In this document: one piece after another, positions 21,401-30,478 of the stretch
Layout of the letters: every line of letters begins with the position of its first letter
Numbering within the stretch: the stretch's first letter is position 1
Origin: Polyangiales bacterium
GTDB taxonomy: Bacteria; Myxococcota_A; Polyangia; Polyangiales; Polyangiaceae
Reading direction: 5' to 3'
NCBI GenBank assembly: GCA_038230375.1
Contig: JBBRNJ010000024.1
Span: 40,529 to 104,528, forward strand
Length of the DNA: 64,000 nt
Made by a program: the position numbers and the translations under genes
The notes under the pieces: generated by a model
What the model saw: the letters and a program-made list of their open reading frames with translations, nothing else
Databases searched by the model: none
What the model was told of the DNA's origin: nothing

Positions 21401-22830
21401 TCCGCTGCCGCACCGCACGCCGGATCGTCCTTCGTGGGATCAACGGGGTTGTGGCAGAGCACGAAGACGCGCCCGACCGCGGCGGCCGAGTCAGAGCCGA
21501 CCGGCGGCGAGAAGTCGTCCGCCCAGCGAGCGGGCCAGCCCATCTCGGCGTTGCAGCTTGTGCCCTTCGTCTTGCGGCACTCGGCGAGCCGCCCGGCGAG
21601 GATGGCGACGCGCGTGGCCTCGCTCCAACCATCGAGCATCTTCGCCGTGCCTTCGAAGAGGTCCTCCGCGAAGCCCGAGTTCACGTACCAGACGGTGGTC
21701 TTCACCTTGCGGTCGCGGAACGGAAGCGTGCATTCTCCACGGAACACGTCGCAGCGCGAGCCGCGGCCGACGCTCTTGCACTCGTCCTCCGTGCCGTCCG
21801 CGTCCTCGTCGCGGTGCGGGTCCTTGCCGACCGGCGTGGAGCCCGGTGACGCGCAGGCGACGATGGGGCTGGCGTGCGACTTCTCGAAGACGTTCCACTT
21901 CGAGGCGAAGCGGTGCCACTTGTCGTCGATGACGCCGTAGTGCCGGTCGTAACCGAGGCGATCGTTCGAGAACCACCCGAACAGGTCCATGCGGTTGCCG
22001 TCGTAATCGAGGGCCTCGAAGTCGTGGTCCGTGACCTTCATGAAGGACTGACGAAGGACCACCTCGCTCGGGTTGCAGCTCGCGAGCGGGAAGTTGCCAG
22101 TCAGGTAGCAAGCCGGCACGTCGCCCCAGTCGGGATCGTGAACCATCTGCGGCTTTGCGAAGACCTTGATCGTGGTGTCAAAGTAGCCGTTCGCAAGGTC
22201 GACCACCGGGTGATCGGGGCTCTTCGGATCATCGACGTAGTAGGTCAGCGCCTCGTAGGAGATCGCGCCTTCGAGCCCGAGGGCGGAGACCGTGTCCAGC
22301 TCGTAGGCCGTCGTGATGGTGTTCTTCGACCAGTCGACGCGGAAGAAGGCGCGGTCGTACCAGGCGCGGTCCGTCGTGTTCTCGAGGATGACGTTCGACT
22401 CCTCGCCAGTGACGGAGTTGTACTCACGGCGAATGTCGAATTGCGAGGTGATGTCGAACGCAGCCACGACCTGGCCGTTGGGGGTCGCGCGGAGGCCGGT
22501 GTGATCGGTGTCGGCGACGCGCTCGTAGGTGAGGCGCGCGAGCAATGACTTCTCGGTGATCTCCCATTTGATGCGCACGGTTGGCTGCGCGTCGGAGCTG
22601 GTGAAGAGCCCTTCGGAGTCGGCGCCCGCGGGCACGTCGACCACGGTCGTGTGCATGTAGAACTCGGGATCGTCGACGGGATCCGCCAGCTTCTCGCCCA
22701 CGAAGAAGGACTTCGGCAAAGCTGCAGACTGCACGCGGTTGATCGGGTCTCGCTCCTCCGAGCACCCCATGGGTGCGATCGCGAGGCCGAGGACGAACAA
22801 CGCGACGAGCAGGCGAAGGAGGTAACGCAT
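18478..22830 (-). CDS. Large metzincin-type zinc metalloprotease lipoprotein (~1450 aa)
   Basis: PMGC lipobox; HEMGHSMGLRHNF zinc motif; Met-turn SVMDY; GKYDRAAIRFGY. Confidence 0.85.
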   Translation of the reverse strand: MRYLLRLLVALFVLGLAIAPMGCSEERDPINRVQSAALPKSFFVGEKLADPVDDPEFYMHTTVVDVPAGADSEGLFTSSDAQPTVRIKWEITEKSLLARLTYERVADTDHTGLRATPNGQVVAAFDITSQFDIRREYNSVTGEESNVILENTTDRAWYDRAFFRVDWSKNTITTAYELDTVSALGLEGAISYEALTYYVDDPKSPDHPVVDLANGYFDTTIKVFAKPQMVHDPDWGDVPACYLTGNFPLASCNPSEVVLRQSFMKVTDHDFEALDYDGNRMDLFGWFSNDRLGYDRHYGVIDDKWHRFASKWNVFEKSHASPIVACASPGSTPVGKDPHRDEDADGTEDECKSVGRGSRCDVFRGECTLPFRDRKVKTTVWYVNSGFAEDLFEGTAKMLDGWSEATRVAILAGRLAECRKTKGTSCNAEMGWPARWADDFSPPVGSDSAAAVGRVFVLCHNPVDPTKDDPACGAAADKDGVPIVRRLGDIRYNFINLVASPQFESPWGIMVDAEDPLTGEKIAGSVNQWSAVLDRAAATLVDLLALLNGELPPTDYIEGQNVSAWVAANRPGGAAEAFVAMDANETASRAAAFDPQVIAPYLGGLSGAQKVSHTPPAQRRKQRLQSLLDANRLGPGNGVLASRLTQLKSTSIEAAMVSPEMAQAAGFDPSQPVTKDAIRRGTPFGKMNPVLRRERERSKRMAQSARHSCRLDAPEPDNLLGLAKVAARLFPTPDPKDPTAVSTHKDAVYNWARREYSGSVYAHEMGHSMGLRHNFAASFDSLNYAPQYWQLRTSNGQITAACADGNTNGATCVGPRWKDPVSVDETAGNINKYSTTSVMDYPGDQNHDMDLQGKYDRAAIRFGYGGVVDVWDGGGVSVTGSGDGQKKAYELTAFAQGTGLFGIEDLPTVNPANGPAHLHYSAYQAEFGLLGDCTASSAPDAVLGKKCNEHAMDVVGYDVMRDFAADPTWASYLFGIAPRSVDDKGRVRRGYMFMSDEYADSGNVPAFTYDAGADAYEQIRFLEAAYENRYILDAFRHNRVSFNSEAVVERLQAHYLDTIQLISKTFAFGMVLSADDPSVPNKELLDDGNWGALSMGSTIAFDMFARILTRPEPGYYCNANADSCVGGQPYGLDLDLYVADPSPLPAASPYDFHVPLGPGRFVHNDFDYGKGYWWADYQKQVGAYYEKTWATFYLAEAFDSFISNSKEDFVDGRYKNVNFATVYPAQTRRLFASLFTGDTAQFGPWVAASKAPGPNAADGVITYPSWHALTDVGLGTRPANAKLLDPNWGFNEQLYAMVWSTMYFPTNWSQSFVDESRITTLAADQVNWPVTETYTLYDPQSGKTYRAHSTGTENIFGVDHEKGIGARMLEWATTLLIQTYIVETDAMGFIKYNADGTVKLQLDANGLPQKDPMAPGADAQLRKYMDQVDIFRQLTAEFSRSLGDGDLPQP

Positions 22831-22875
22831 CGGCGCCCGCTGTAGCACGCGGCCGTCCGTCGAGCTAAGCTCGGG

Positions 22876-23670
22876 TTGCTGATGAGACAGATTCGGGAAA
22901 ACGCGGCCGGGCTCGCTCTGGCACTGCTCATGGTTCTTGCCGGCTTTGCCGGTTGCGCAGGCGGTTCCGAGGTCACGGGCAGCGCCGACGACGCGGGCTC
23001 CACCCGGCCGGATGTTGGCTCCATCGACCCCGTTTCCAGCTACGGCCAGGGGGACACGGGCCTGGTCGTGGGGCCTGGCGGACCGGGTGAAGCTGTCGTG
23101 GATGGCGCCGTGACGCTCCTTGAAGGTGGCACCTCGGCCGGCCTCGTGATCAACGAGGTGGACTACGACCAGGTCGGCACGGACGCCGCGGAGTTCGTCG
23201 AGATCTACAACCCGACCGCGTTGACGCTGGATCTCGACAACGTGGCGCTCGTGCTCGTCAGCACCACCTCCGAATATGGGCGGGTGGATCTGAGCGGACC
23301 GCTCGCGCCGGGCAAGTACCTGCTCGTCGCGAGCCCAAACGTGTTGGGCCCCGATGCGGGCGTTGCTCGGCTTGCGTTGCCGACCTCGACCAACGCGCTG
23401 CGAAACGGCACTGCCGCGGTGGGCCTGCTCGACAAGACCACGGGAACGCTGCTCGACGCGCTCTCCTACGGTGGCGCGGTCACGGCGGCCGACGTCACTG
23501 GCGTCATGAAGCCCCTCAACTTCGTGGAGGGAACGGCGACGCCTGCGGTCGACTCCAATAGCGCGGCAGGCTCGCTGTCACGGCTGCCGAACGGCGCGGA
23601 CTCGAACAATGCCACCGCCGACTTCAAGTTCACCACCACGCCGACCCCGGGCAAGCCAAACGTTCCCTGA
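22876..23670 (+). CDS. Lamin-tail-domain lipoprotein
   Basis: FAGC lipobox; LVINEVDYDQ.GTD..EFVEIYN; SLSRLPNGADSNN..DF..TPTPG.PN. Confidence 0.8.
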   Translation: MLMRQIRENAAGLALALLMVLAGFAGCAGGSEVTGSADDAGSTRPDVGSIDPVSSYGQGDTGLVVGPGGPGEAVVDGAVTLLEGGTSAGLVINEVDYDQVGTDAAEFVEIYNPTALTLDLDNVALVLVSTTSEYGRVDLSGPLAPGKYLLVASPNVLGPDAGVARLALPTSTNALRNGTAAVGLLDKTTGTLLDALSYGGAVTAADVTGVMKPLNFVEGTATPAVDSNSAAGSLSRLPNGADSNNATADFKFTTTPTPGKPNVP

Positions 23671-23693
23671 GCGCGCCCGCCATCTGGCGTTCC

Positions 23694-25061
23694 CTACCGC
23701 AGGAGGCGCTCCACCTCATCGATGGCCTCGGCGGTTGCACCGAGGCTGGGTTCGCCGCCGAGCCAGGAGAGCAGCGCCTCCAGATCGTGGATGACGTGGA
23801 GCTCCTGGAGCAGCAGCGCGCGCGACGCACGCGCAGTGGTGATGAGCGCCGTCGCGAAGAGTGCCAGCACCTCGCGAAACGGCAGGACGTCGCGAACGGC
23901 GTAGATTCCGTCGAGCCAGCGGACGTGATCTCCTTCGACCCGGGCGAGCATTCGCGCGATCGCGGTCTGGACCACCCGAGGCCCCACGGGGGACGTTTGC
24001 GCGACCACGCTCAGGCGAAAAAGTGCGTCGACGTGAAGCCAGTCGGTGGCGGGTATCGATGCGCAAATAGCGGAAAACCAGCGCTCGGGTGAACCTGCTG
24101 GAAACCAATCCTCCATCAGGATGACGGCACTGGTGCGGGTCTCCTCATCCGGCTCGGCGTGTACGTGCGCAATGCAGTCTGCAAGGAGTGCCTCGGGCGG
24201 CGGATGCGCCGGCAGCTCGAGCACGCGTGTCAGGCCTCGGAGGAGATCAAGGAAGCGCTTGCCGTCCTGGAAGAGCGGCTCGCAGAGTGGCGACTGCCAT
24301 GAGCTGCCCTGCACGATGCGATGACCGCGCATGCGACCGAGCGCCTCCGCTCGCGACGCACCATCGGTGATGGTCGGCAGCAACGACTCGGCCTCATCGA
24401 GAAGGCCCAACCCCGCAAGCCGTGCGACCAGATACTGACGCGCTCGGCTCAGGTCCTCGTGGCTGCCGTAGTCGCCCGTGAAGCTCCAGTCTGCGCCGGC
24501 CATGCGCTCGGTGACGGTGAGGGCGCGACGTACCTCGTCGGCGTTCATCAAGTGCGCCATCTGGGTGAAGGGACCGAGATCGTTGCCTGGCGAGATGGGC
24601 GAGAGGGCGATCGCGTCGAACGCGTCGATGGCACGACGGACCAGCGAGGCGCGCTCCGGCTCCGGCGCTCCCTCCGCCAGCTCGCCGAGCGTCCACGCGA
24701 TGAAGGGATCGGTCGGATCGGGAAGCGCTCTCCAAGGAGGCTCCTCGCGCTCGTCGTCATCGTCATCGTCATCGCTATCCTCGCTCGCGCCGAGGACACG
24801 GGCGCGCAGCTCGCGCGCATACGGCCAGTCCTCGACCACGAAGCGCTTCCGACGTCGAACGAGCTCGAGGACCAGGGCACCGCGGAAGAGCCGCCCGATG
24901 GCCGCTGCCCGCACTGCGGGAACGTCCGAGAGAATGGCCTCGCGCGCCTCGTCCAGGTCACGGTCGAAGGGCGCGACCAGCTGCGCCGCGATGTCGTCGC
25001 GCTGGGGGTCGTCGAGAAGGGCGTCCCACCGCTCCCGGAATGCTGCGAGCTCCACCACCAT
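23694..25061 (-). CDS. Hypothetical alpha-helical protein with a poly-Asp tract
   Basis: Long ORF with protein-like composition; no recognisable motif; start uncertain. Confidence 0.55.
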   Translation of the reverse strand: MVVELAAFRERWDALLDDPQRDDIAAQLVAPFDRDLDEAREAILSDVPAVRAAAIGRLFRGALVLELVRRRKRFVVEDWPYARELRARVLGASEDSDDDDDDDEREEPPWRALPDPTDPFIAWTLGELAEGAPEPERASLVRRAIDAFDAIALSPISPGNDLGPFTQMAHLMNADEVRRALTVTERMAGADWSFTGDYGSHEDLSRARQYLVARLAGLGLLDEAESLLPTITDGASRAEALGRMRGHRIVQGSSWQSPLCEPLFQDGKRFLDLLRGLTRVLELPAHPPPEALLADCIAHVHAEPDEETRTSAVILMEDWFPAGSPERWFSAICASIPATDWLHVDALFRLSVVAQTSPVGPRVVQTAIARMLARVEGDHVRWLDGIYAVRDVLPFREVLALFATALITTARASRALLLQELHVIHDLEALLSWLGGEPSLGATAEAIDEVERLLR

Positions 25062-25133
25062 GCTGAACCTCGGCTTCAACCTAGCAGCGAAGCAGGCGTG
25101 CTCGGTTGCGACGCTGCCCCCGCAGAGCTGCAC

Positions 25134-25730
25134 TCACTGGCAGCAGCAGTACGGTTGGCTGTCGCCCTTGGTGCCCATGACCGCGCACGTCGTCCCGTTG
25201 CAGCCCTGTGTGCTGTTCCACTGCTTGGCCATGCCGGTGCAGGTCTGCGCGCAGTCAAGCACCAGGATCGTGCTGTCCGTCCCGCACCCCTCCAGCGCCG
25301 TCGAGTCGCTCGTGCAGACGTTGGCGCCGGGCGCGAGGGTCGCCGGACACGCCGGGTAGCATGCCTTGTGGTACGCGGAGGTGGCGCTGGTGAGGTCGGT
25401 GCACGACTTCGATGTGATCAGGTCCTGCACCGCGCCCGCGCACGCGGTGGGGAGAAGGTAAGCGCCAATGGTCGCTTCGCACTCGTTGATATTCGAGTAT
25501 CCCATCGGGTTATTGCATGTGTTCACCGCAAGCCCGCAGAACTGGATGATGAGCGCGCTCGACAGCGGCTGGCCGCTTCGTGCAGGTGCGGTCGGCGCAG
25601 TCCCGCTGTCGACTGTGCTCCCCGCGTCGGTCCCGTTCCCGGGCAGCGTGGTCCCGGTGCTCGAGGTCGAGCACGCGGCCGTCGACACGACGACGATCCA
25701 GCAGAAAAGAAGGCGGTTGCGGGTCGACAT
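25134..25730 (-). CDS. Cys-rich lipoprotein
   Basis: TAAC lipobox, DAG linker, many Cys, ends YCCCQ. Confidence 0.75.
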   Translation of the reverse strand: MSTRNRLLFCWIVVVSTAACSTSSTGTTLPGNGTDAGSTVDSGTAPTAPARSGQPLSSALIIQFCGLAVNTCNNPMGYSNINECEATIGAYLLPTACAGAVQDLITSKSCTDLTSATSAYHKACYPACPATLAPGANVCTSDSTALEGCGTDSTILVLDCAQTCTGMAKQWNSTQGCNGTTCAVMGTKGDSQPYCCCQ

Positions 25731-25736
25731 TGCGTA

Positions 25737-25765
25737 CGCTTACGTGAGCACTAGCGCTCCGTCAA
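25737..25765 (-). promoter_or_regulatory. sigma70-like promoter with a near-palindrome in the spacer
   Basis: TTGACG-N17-TAAGCG, 6 nt before ATG 25730; the spacer contains GAGCGCTAGTGCTC. Confidence 0.4.
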
Positions 25766-25791
25766 GGCCACCGCAGACGCCCGATGCCCGC

Positions 25792-27456
25792 TCACGACGC
25801 GAGGAAGCGGTTTCGTGCGGGGTCGTTGTAGGACTTCCAGTCGATGGCGAACGGCGTGATGCGGCTCTTGCCGTCGCGCCAGCGAATGGTGAGCCCCATG
25901 GGCGCGACCTCGCGGTAGTTGCTGGTCTCGGGCAGGTCGAGGCTCGTCGCGCCTCCCGCGGAGAAGAGGGTGAAGAGCTTCGCGTCGGGGAAGTCGTACG
26001 TGGTGCGGAAGCCCTCGACGATGCGCTCGTGGCCGCGGATCATCACCGAGCACCCGATGCGCGCGAGGAAGCTTCGGAACTGATGCGAGCCGTAGCTGAA
26101 GCGGGCCGCGGCCTTCTGCAGCTCGTCGGGTACGACCTCCGTCTCGCTTGGATCGCTCCACATCATCTGGAAGCGCAGGTCGGGATCGTTGAGCGCCGAG
26201 AGATCCTTCCACTTCTCACGGAGCTCCGCGTCGCGGGGGAGGCCCCCGTGCACGAAGAAGAATCGGTCGAATGCGAGCGACGTCGGCAGCGCCTCGAAGA
26301 GCTGCATGTACTCCTTGAAGTACGCGTCGCTCGCCACGCCTTGCAGCCCCATCATGCCCTCGGCCGGGCGGACGGGGGCCAGGATGCGCCCCTGATGTTC
26401 CAGGTAGTACTCGTGGTTGCCGCGCAGGAAGTACACGGAATCCGGCACGGTCACGAACAGCTGCATCGCCATTCGCAACACGCCGTCGAAGCTGAATCGC
26501 CCGCGATCGATGTAGTCGCCGAGCAGCACGAGCCGTGTGTCTGGCGTGTTCTCCGGATCGTCGGCGTGTGCCTGCACCTTCTTGAGGAAGTCCGTCTGCA
26601 TCAACGCGCCCTTGAGGCACGAGTAGCAGCCGTGCAGATCGCCAAGGACGATCAGCTCGTACTGCGCGCGCGGAGCGGGCGGAAGCACGTAGACGTGTCC
26701 ATCGAGGAAGGGGGCCTTCCCGGCGAAGTCAACGAAGGTCGCGGCGCCCGTGAGCTTGCCCGCGCCGACCTTGCGTTGCTCCTCGAGTGTGCGCAGGACC
26801 TTGTGGACCAGCGCGACGTCGTCGCTGGCGTCCTTGATGAAGCCGGCCTGGTCGCGCGGGTACGACCGCTCTTGCCGGGTGAAGAACGGGTGGTCGGCCG
26901 CCTTCGCGACGAGCACCTCTGGCGGGTCGAGCTCTATCTGCCGTTCGTCGACGGTCTTCTGGACGTCGATCTTCGCGAGCTCGATCGGGGCTGCGAGCAG
27001 CCGCAGGATGTTCTCGCGCAGCTTCTCTTCTTCAGGGTGGGCAACGCCGTCGGCCAGGATGAGCTCGTTGACGGTCTCGAAGACGGTCGCGCGCTGCTCT
27101 TCGTCGAACGGACGAAGCAGCTCGTAGCAACGCAGCGCCAGCCTGGCGTGGACGAACTGCTCCGTGCTCTCGCCCTCCGCGACCGACTCCGTGAAGAGCG
27201 CGGCGATCTCGCGATCGATCGCTGCGGCGACGCGCTGGAACTGGAGCGTGACGCGCTCGGTGGCCACGTGCCGCGCAAGGGGGTCCGGCATGGCCTCGAG
27301 CATTCGCTCTTCGACGAGCTTCGCGATCTTCTCCTGGACGAAGCGCTTCTCGGAGAGGGCGAATTTCCCATCCGTGTGACCGAATGCAGTCAGCAAGAAG
27401 ACGATCGCAAGCATCTGCTTCTTCGCCACCGCCGGATCGGAGCTGAACATCGCCAT
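25792..27456 (-). CDS. TerB-like domain fused to a PPP-family Ser/Thr metallophosphatase
   Basis: N-terminal FGHTDGKFALSEKRFV and LILADGVAHPEEEKL; C-terminal GDLHG, GDYIDRG, RGNHE, VHGG, WSDP, IRGHE, TLFSA. Confidence 0.85.
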   Translation of the reverse strand: MAMFSSDPAVAKKQMLAIVFLLTAFGHTDGKFALSEKRFVQEKIAKLVEERMLEAMPDPLARHVATERVTLQFQRVAAAIDREIAALFTESVAEGESTEQFVHARLALRCYELLRPFDEEQRATVFETVNELILADGVAHPEEEKLRENILRLLAAPIELAKIDVQKTVDERQIELDPPEVLVAKAADHPFFTRQERSYPRDQAGFIKDASDDVALVHKVLRTLEEQRKVGAGKLTGAATFVDFAGKAPFLDGHVYVLPPAPRAQYELIVLGDLHGCYSCLKGALMQTDFLKKVQAHADDPENTPDTRLVLLGDYIDRGRFSFDGVLRMAMQLFVTVPDSVYFLRGNHEYYLEHQGRILAPVRPAEGMMGLQGVASDAYFKEYMQLFEALPTSLAFDRFFFVHGGLPRDAELREKWKDLSALNDPDLRFQMMWSDPSETEVVPDELQKAAARFSYGSHQFRSFLARIGCSVMIRGHERIVEGFRTTYDFPDAKLFTLFSAGGATSLDLPETSNYREVAPMGLTIRWRDGKSRITPFAIDWKSYNDPARNRFLAS

Positions 27457-27552
27457 GTCGAGCGTTGACCACTCTACCTGAGGAAACGATTCGTCACACG
27501 TCCAGCAGCGCTTGATGCGCAGGCTTTGCGTGTTTCGTTGCGCGTGAGCAGT

Positions 27553-27568
27553 TGGCCAGAGCCTTGCA
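27553..27568 (+). promoter_or_regulatory. sigma54-like promoter for the cytochrome operon
   Basis: TGGCCA-GAGCC-TTGCA (GG-N10-GC); the C lies 14 nt before ATG 27581. Confidence 0.55.
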
Positions 27569-27580
27569 CGTGCGACCAGC

Positions 27581-28903
27581 ATGAAGACTCAATTGGCGCC
27601 TGACGCGGCGGTTCCGGCTCTCGTCGTTGCGCTCTTGCTCTGCCTCGCTGGGTGCACTGGCCCCGATGGCCCCCCTGGCGTGGGCGCGGCCGGGCCCGCC
27701 GGCTCACAGGGCGCGACTGGCTCCAACGGACCCGCCGGACCAGCGGGGAAAACGGGCGCGATGGGCGCTGGGCTTGAAGGTGGCGTGGCCACGTCGTGCC
27801 TCTCGCCGTGTCACGGGTTCAACGGCGTTGTTGCGCAGTTCAAGACGAGCGTCCACTACTCCGCGTACACCACGTATCTCGGAACCGACATCGCCGGTGA
27901 GTGGACCGCGGCCGGCGCTTCATGCGGAAATTGCCACGCGATCGACGCGCTCTCTCGACGCGCGGCTGGCGTGGTCGGCACGAACGGTGGCGCGACGGTC
28001 CAGAACCTTGCTGGCGGCGTGCTCGAGTACCGGCTGGATGGCGGCGCGGCAACCGAGTCGACGTATACCGGCACCGCCGATTCGGCAGAAGTGTACTGCA
28101 CCACCTGTCACGCCGTGACAGATGCGAACGATCCGCACAAGACAGGCATCCCGTGGACCCGTGGCTCCTTCCCACAGGTCGCGGGTACGACGCCCACGGA
28201 CCTCGCGTTCATCGAGAAAAGCCCCACGAATACGTCTTCCACGGGAACGTCGATCGGCGCGCTTGGTAGCGCAAACACCTGCATCTCGTGCCACAAATCT
28301 CGCAAGGACGTGACGGCCTACATCACGGCCAGCAACGTGCTCACGAGCACCCACTGGGGACCGCACGAAGGACCGCAGGCCGACGTCTTCTCTGGAAAGG
28401 GCGGCTACCAGTACGCAGGGCTCGCCTACGGCACATCGACGCACCAGCAGAAACTCAACTGCGTCGACTGCCACATGCCAGACATCGCAGCGAACAGCGG
28501 CGTGGCTGACCACTCCTTCAACCCGCGCCTCCGCGCCTGTCAGTCCTGCCACGCGGGCAGCACCAACTTCGACATGGGCGGCGGTCAGTCCCAGGTTCGC
28601 CTGGCCATGGCGGAGCTGCAGGTCGCGCTCAGCAACGCTGGCTACCTCACACGTTCCGCCAGTGCGCCTTATGCGGCGCTTCAGCCCGCGGAGCTCTCCG
28701 ACAACGCGTTCGCCCTCGATCAAGCAAGGCCCGGCGGCCCGCCGCTCACCGCCTCGCAAGCCGGTGCACTCTACAACTATATCCTCGTAGCGCGCGGTGG
28801 TGGTCTTGGCGTTCACAACCCGAAGTACGTGAAGCAGTTGATCTTCGATGCGTACGTCGCGGTCGTCGGGACGCCCCCGCTGACCATTGCACGGCCGCTT
28901 TGA
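27581..28903 (+). CDS. Hexaheme c-type cytochrome lipoprotein with collagen-like Gly-X-Y stalk
   Basis: LAGC lipobox; GPDGPPG...GPAGPAGKTG; CLSPCH plus five CxxCH; HWGPHEGPQ; GVHNPKY. Confidence 0.9.
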   Translation: MKTQLAPDAAVPALVVALLLCLAGCTGPDGPPGVGAAGPAGSQGATGSNGPAGPAGKTGAMGAGLEGGVATSCLSPCHGFNGVVAQFKTSVHYSAYTTYLGTDIAGEWTAAGASCGNCHAIDALSRRAAGVVGTNGGATVQNLAGGVLEYRLDGGAATESTYTGTADSAEVYCTTCHAVTDANDPHKTGIPWTRGSFPQVAGTTPTDLAFIEKSPTNTSSTGTSIGALGSANTCISCHKSRKDVTAYITASNVLTSTHWGPHEGPQADVFSGKGGYQYAGLAYGTSTHQQKLNCVDCHMPDIAANSGVADHSFNPRLRACQSCHAGSTNFDMGGGQSQVRLAMAELQVALSNAGYLTRSASAPYAALQPAELSDNAFALDQARPGGPPLTASQAGALYNYILVARGGGLGVHNPKYVKQLIFDAYVAVVGTPPLTIARPL

Positions 28904-30462
28904 GCGTGAAACGAGCCTTGCGGCGCCGGGCGTTCCTCACGCTCGGCGTCCTCGCGTCCCTCACCGCGTCCTGCTCGCGCGACCGCACGAGCAATGTCGG
29001 CTCACCTGTCTTCGACACGGATGTTGCTCCGATCCTCGCCGCCCGCTGCGTGGGTTGCCACACCGGGCCTGCGCCCGCCGGCGGATGGAACGCGGGTAGC
29101 TACCTCGGGGCGATCGGCTGCGTCAGTGGCGGCGGCGCTCCCACGACACTGCCTGACACCGACCGCGCCCCGATCGTCCTGGCGCTCTCGAAAGCTCCAC
29201 ACGTCGGGCTCGCCAGCGCGGACGAGTCGGCGACCATCGCCGCCTGGGTGTCGGGTGGAGCACCCGCGCGTGCGAGCGGCGTTCATCCCGCCGGTATCGT
29301 GGACCCCCGTTCACCATCGTGGCACGGCACCGTCCTTCGAAACGCGCACTGGACGCCCATGCTGGATGCGACCGACCCACAGGCCTGCGGCACCTGTCAC
29401 GACGGAACTCCGGCAGGGCGACCGCACGGCGTGACGATCGCTGCGCCAGGCGCGACAGCTTGCACCACGTGCCACGTGGAGGCCGGCGGCGCGGCTGCGT
29501 GCAGCACGTGCCACGGACAGGGCGCACGCACCTATCCACCTCGCGATCTGTGCTTTTTTCCTGCAGATGCTGCAAAGGCCGGCGCGCACGCGGCCCACGT
29601 GGAATCGTCTCGCGCGAGCGCCACGGGACTCTCCTGCTCCACATGTCACGCGGTGCCACAGCCGGGGAGCAACGTGATGAGCGGCTTGCACGGCAACGGC
29701 AGCGTGGAGGTGATCTTCAGCGCCAACGTCGCGCCCGAGAGGAGCTTCGACCTCACAGCAAAGGCGTGCGCCGTCTCCTGCCACGATCGCGGGGGCGCAC
29801 GTCCGCGTCCCGTGTGGAGCGACAAGAAGCCCATGGGCTGCAACGACTGCCACACCTCACCGCCCGCCGCTCACTTTCCCGGAGCCTGCACGAGCTGCCA
29901 TGCCGAGGCCAACACAACGGGCACCGCGCTCGTCAAAGGTCCGCTCCACATGAACGGCCTCGTCGATCTTGGCGACGGAAGCGGCGGTTGCGGCGCCTGT
30001 CACGGCAAGGGGACGGATCCCTGGCCCCGCACGGCTGCACACAAGAAGCACGAGACCCCCACGAACGCGCGACCGGTCGACTGCAACAACTGCCACGTGG
30101 TCCCGACGACGCTCTTCGCGCAAGGTCACCTCGACGGCGCAGCCGCGATTGTCTTCGGTGGTCACGCCAAGGATCGCGGCGCAAACCCGGCGTGGAGCGG
30201 CAATTCCTGCAGCGAGGTCGCGTGCCACGGCGCAAAGCTTGCCGACGCGCCCGCGGTTCCCCTCTGGACGGACACCTCGGGCACCGCAAGCGCGTGCACC
30301 GCGTGTCATGGAATCCCGCCGTCGCAGCACACGCCCTCGACGTCGTGCGAACTCTCTGGCTGTCATGGCACCGAAGTGACGCGCTCCCTCATGGGAGTCC
30401 CACAGATCACGGGCACCGGACGCCTCCTGCACGTCAACGGCACCATCGATCTCGCGCCTTGA
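28900..30462 (+). CDS. 13-heme cytochrome c lipoprotein with CxxxxCH/CxxCH-type modules
   Basis: TASC lipobox; 10 CxxCH, 1 CxxxCH and 2 CxxxxCH; HxNG motifs; TTGA overlap. Confidence 0.9.
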   Translation: MSVKRALRRRAFLTLGVLASLTASCSRDRTSNVGSPVFDTDVAPILAARCVGCHTGPAPAGGWNAGSYLGAIGCVSGGGAPTTLPDTDRAPIVLALSKAPHVGLASADESATIAAWVSGGAPARASGVHPAGIVDPRSPSWHGTVLRNAHWTPMLDATDPQACGTCHDGTPAGRPHGVTIAAPGATACTTCHVEAGGAAACSTCHGQGARTYPPRDLCFFPADAAKAGAHAAHVESSRASATGLSCSTCHAVPQPGSNVMSGLHGNGSVEVIFSANVAPERSFDLTAKACAVSCHDRGGARPRPVWSDKKPMGCNDCHTSPPAAHFPGACTSCHAEANTTGTALVKGPLHMNGLVDLGDGSGGCGACHGKGTDPWPRTAAHKKHETPTNARPVDCNNCHVVPTTLFAQGHLDGAAAIVFGGHAKDRGANPAWSGNSCSEVACHGAKLADAPAVPLWTDTSGTASACTACHGIPPSQHTPSTSCELSGCHGTEVTRSLMGVPQITGTGRLLHVNGTIDLAP

Positions 30463-30478
30463 GCGCGTCGTCGCGCCT

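Noticed and set aside
19030..21849. 939-aa plus-strand ORF
   Set aside because: Antisense to the metalloprotease; Arg/Val-rich shadow composition.
25468..27468. 666-aa plus-strand ORF
   Set aside because: Antisense shadow of the TerB-phosphatase gene.
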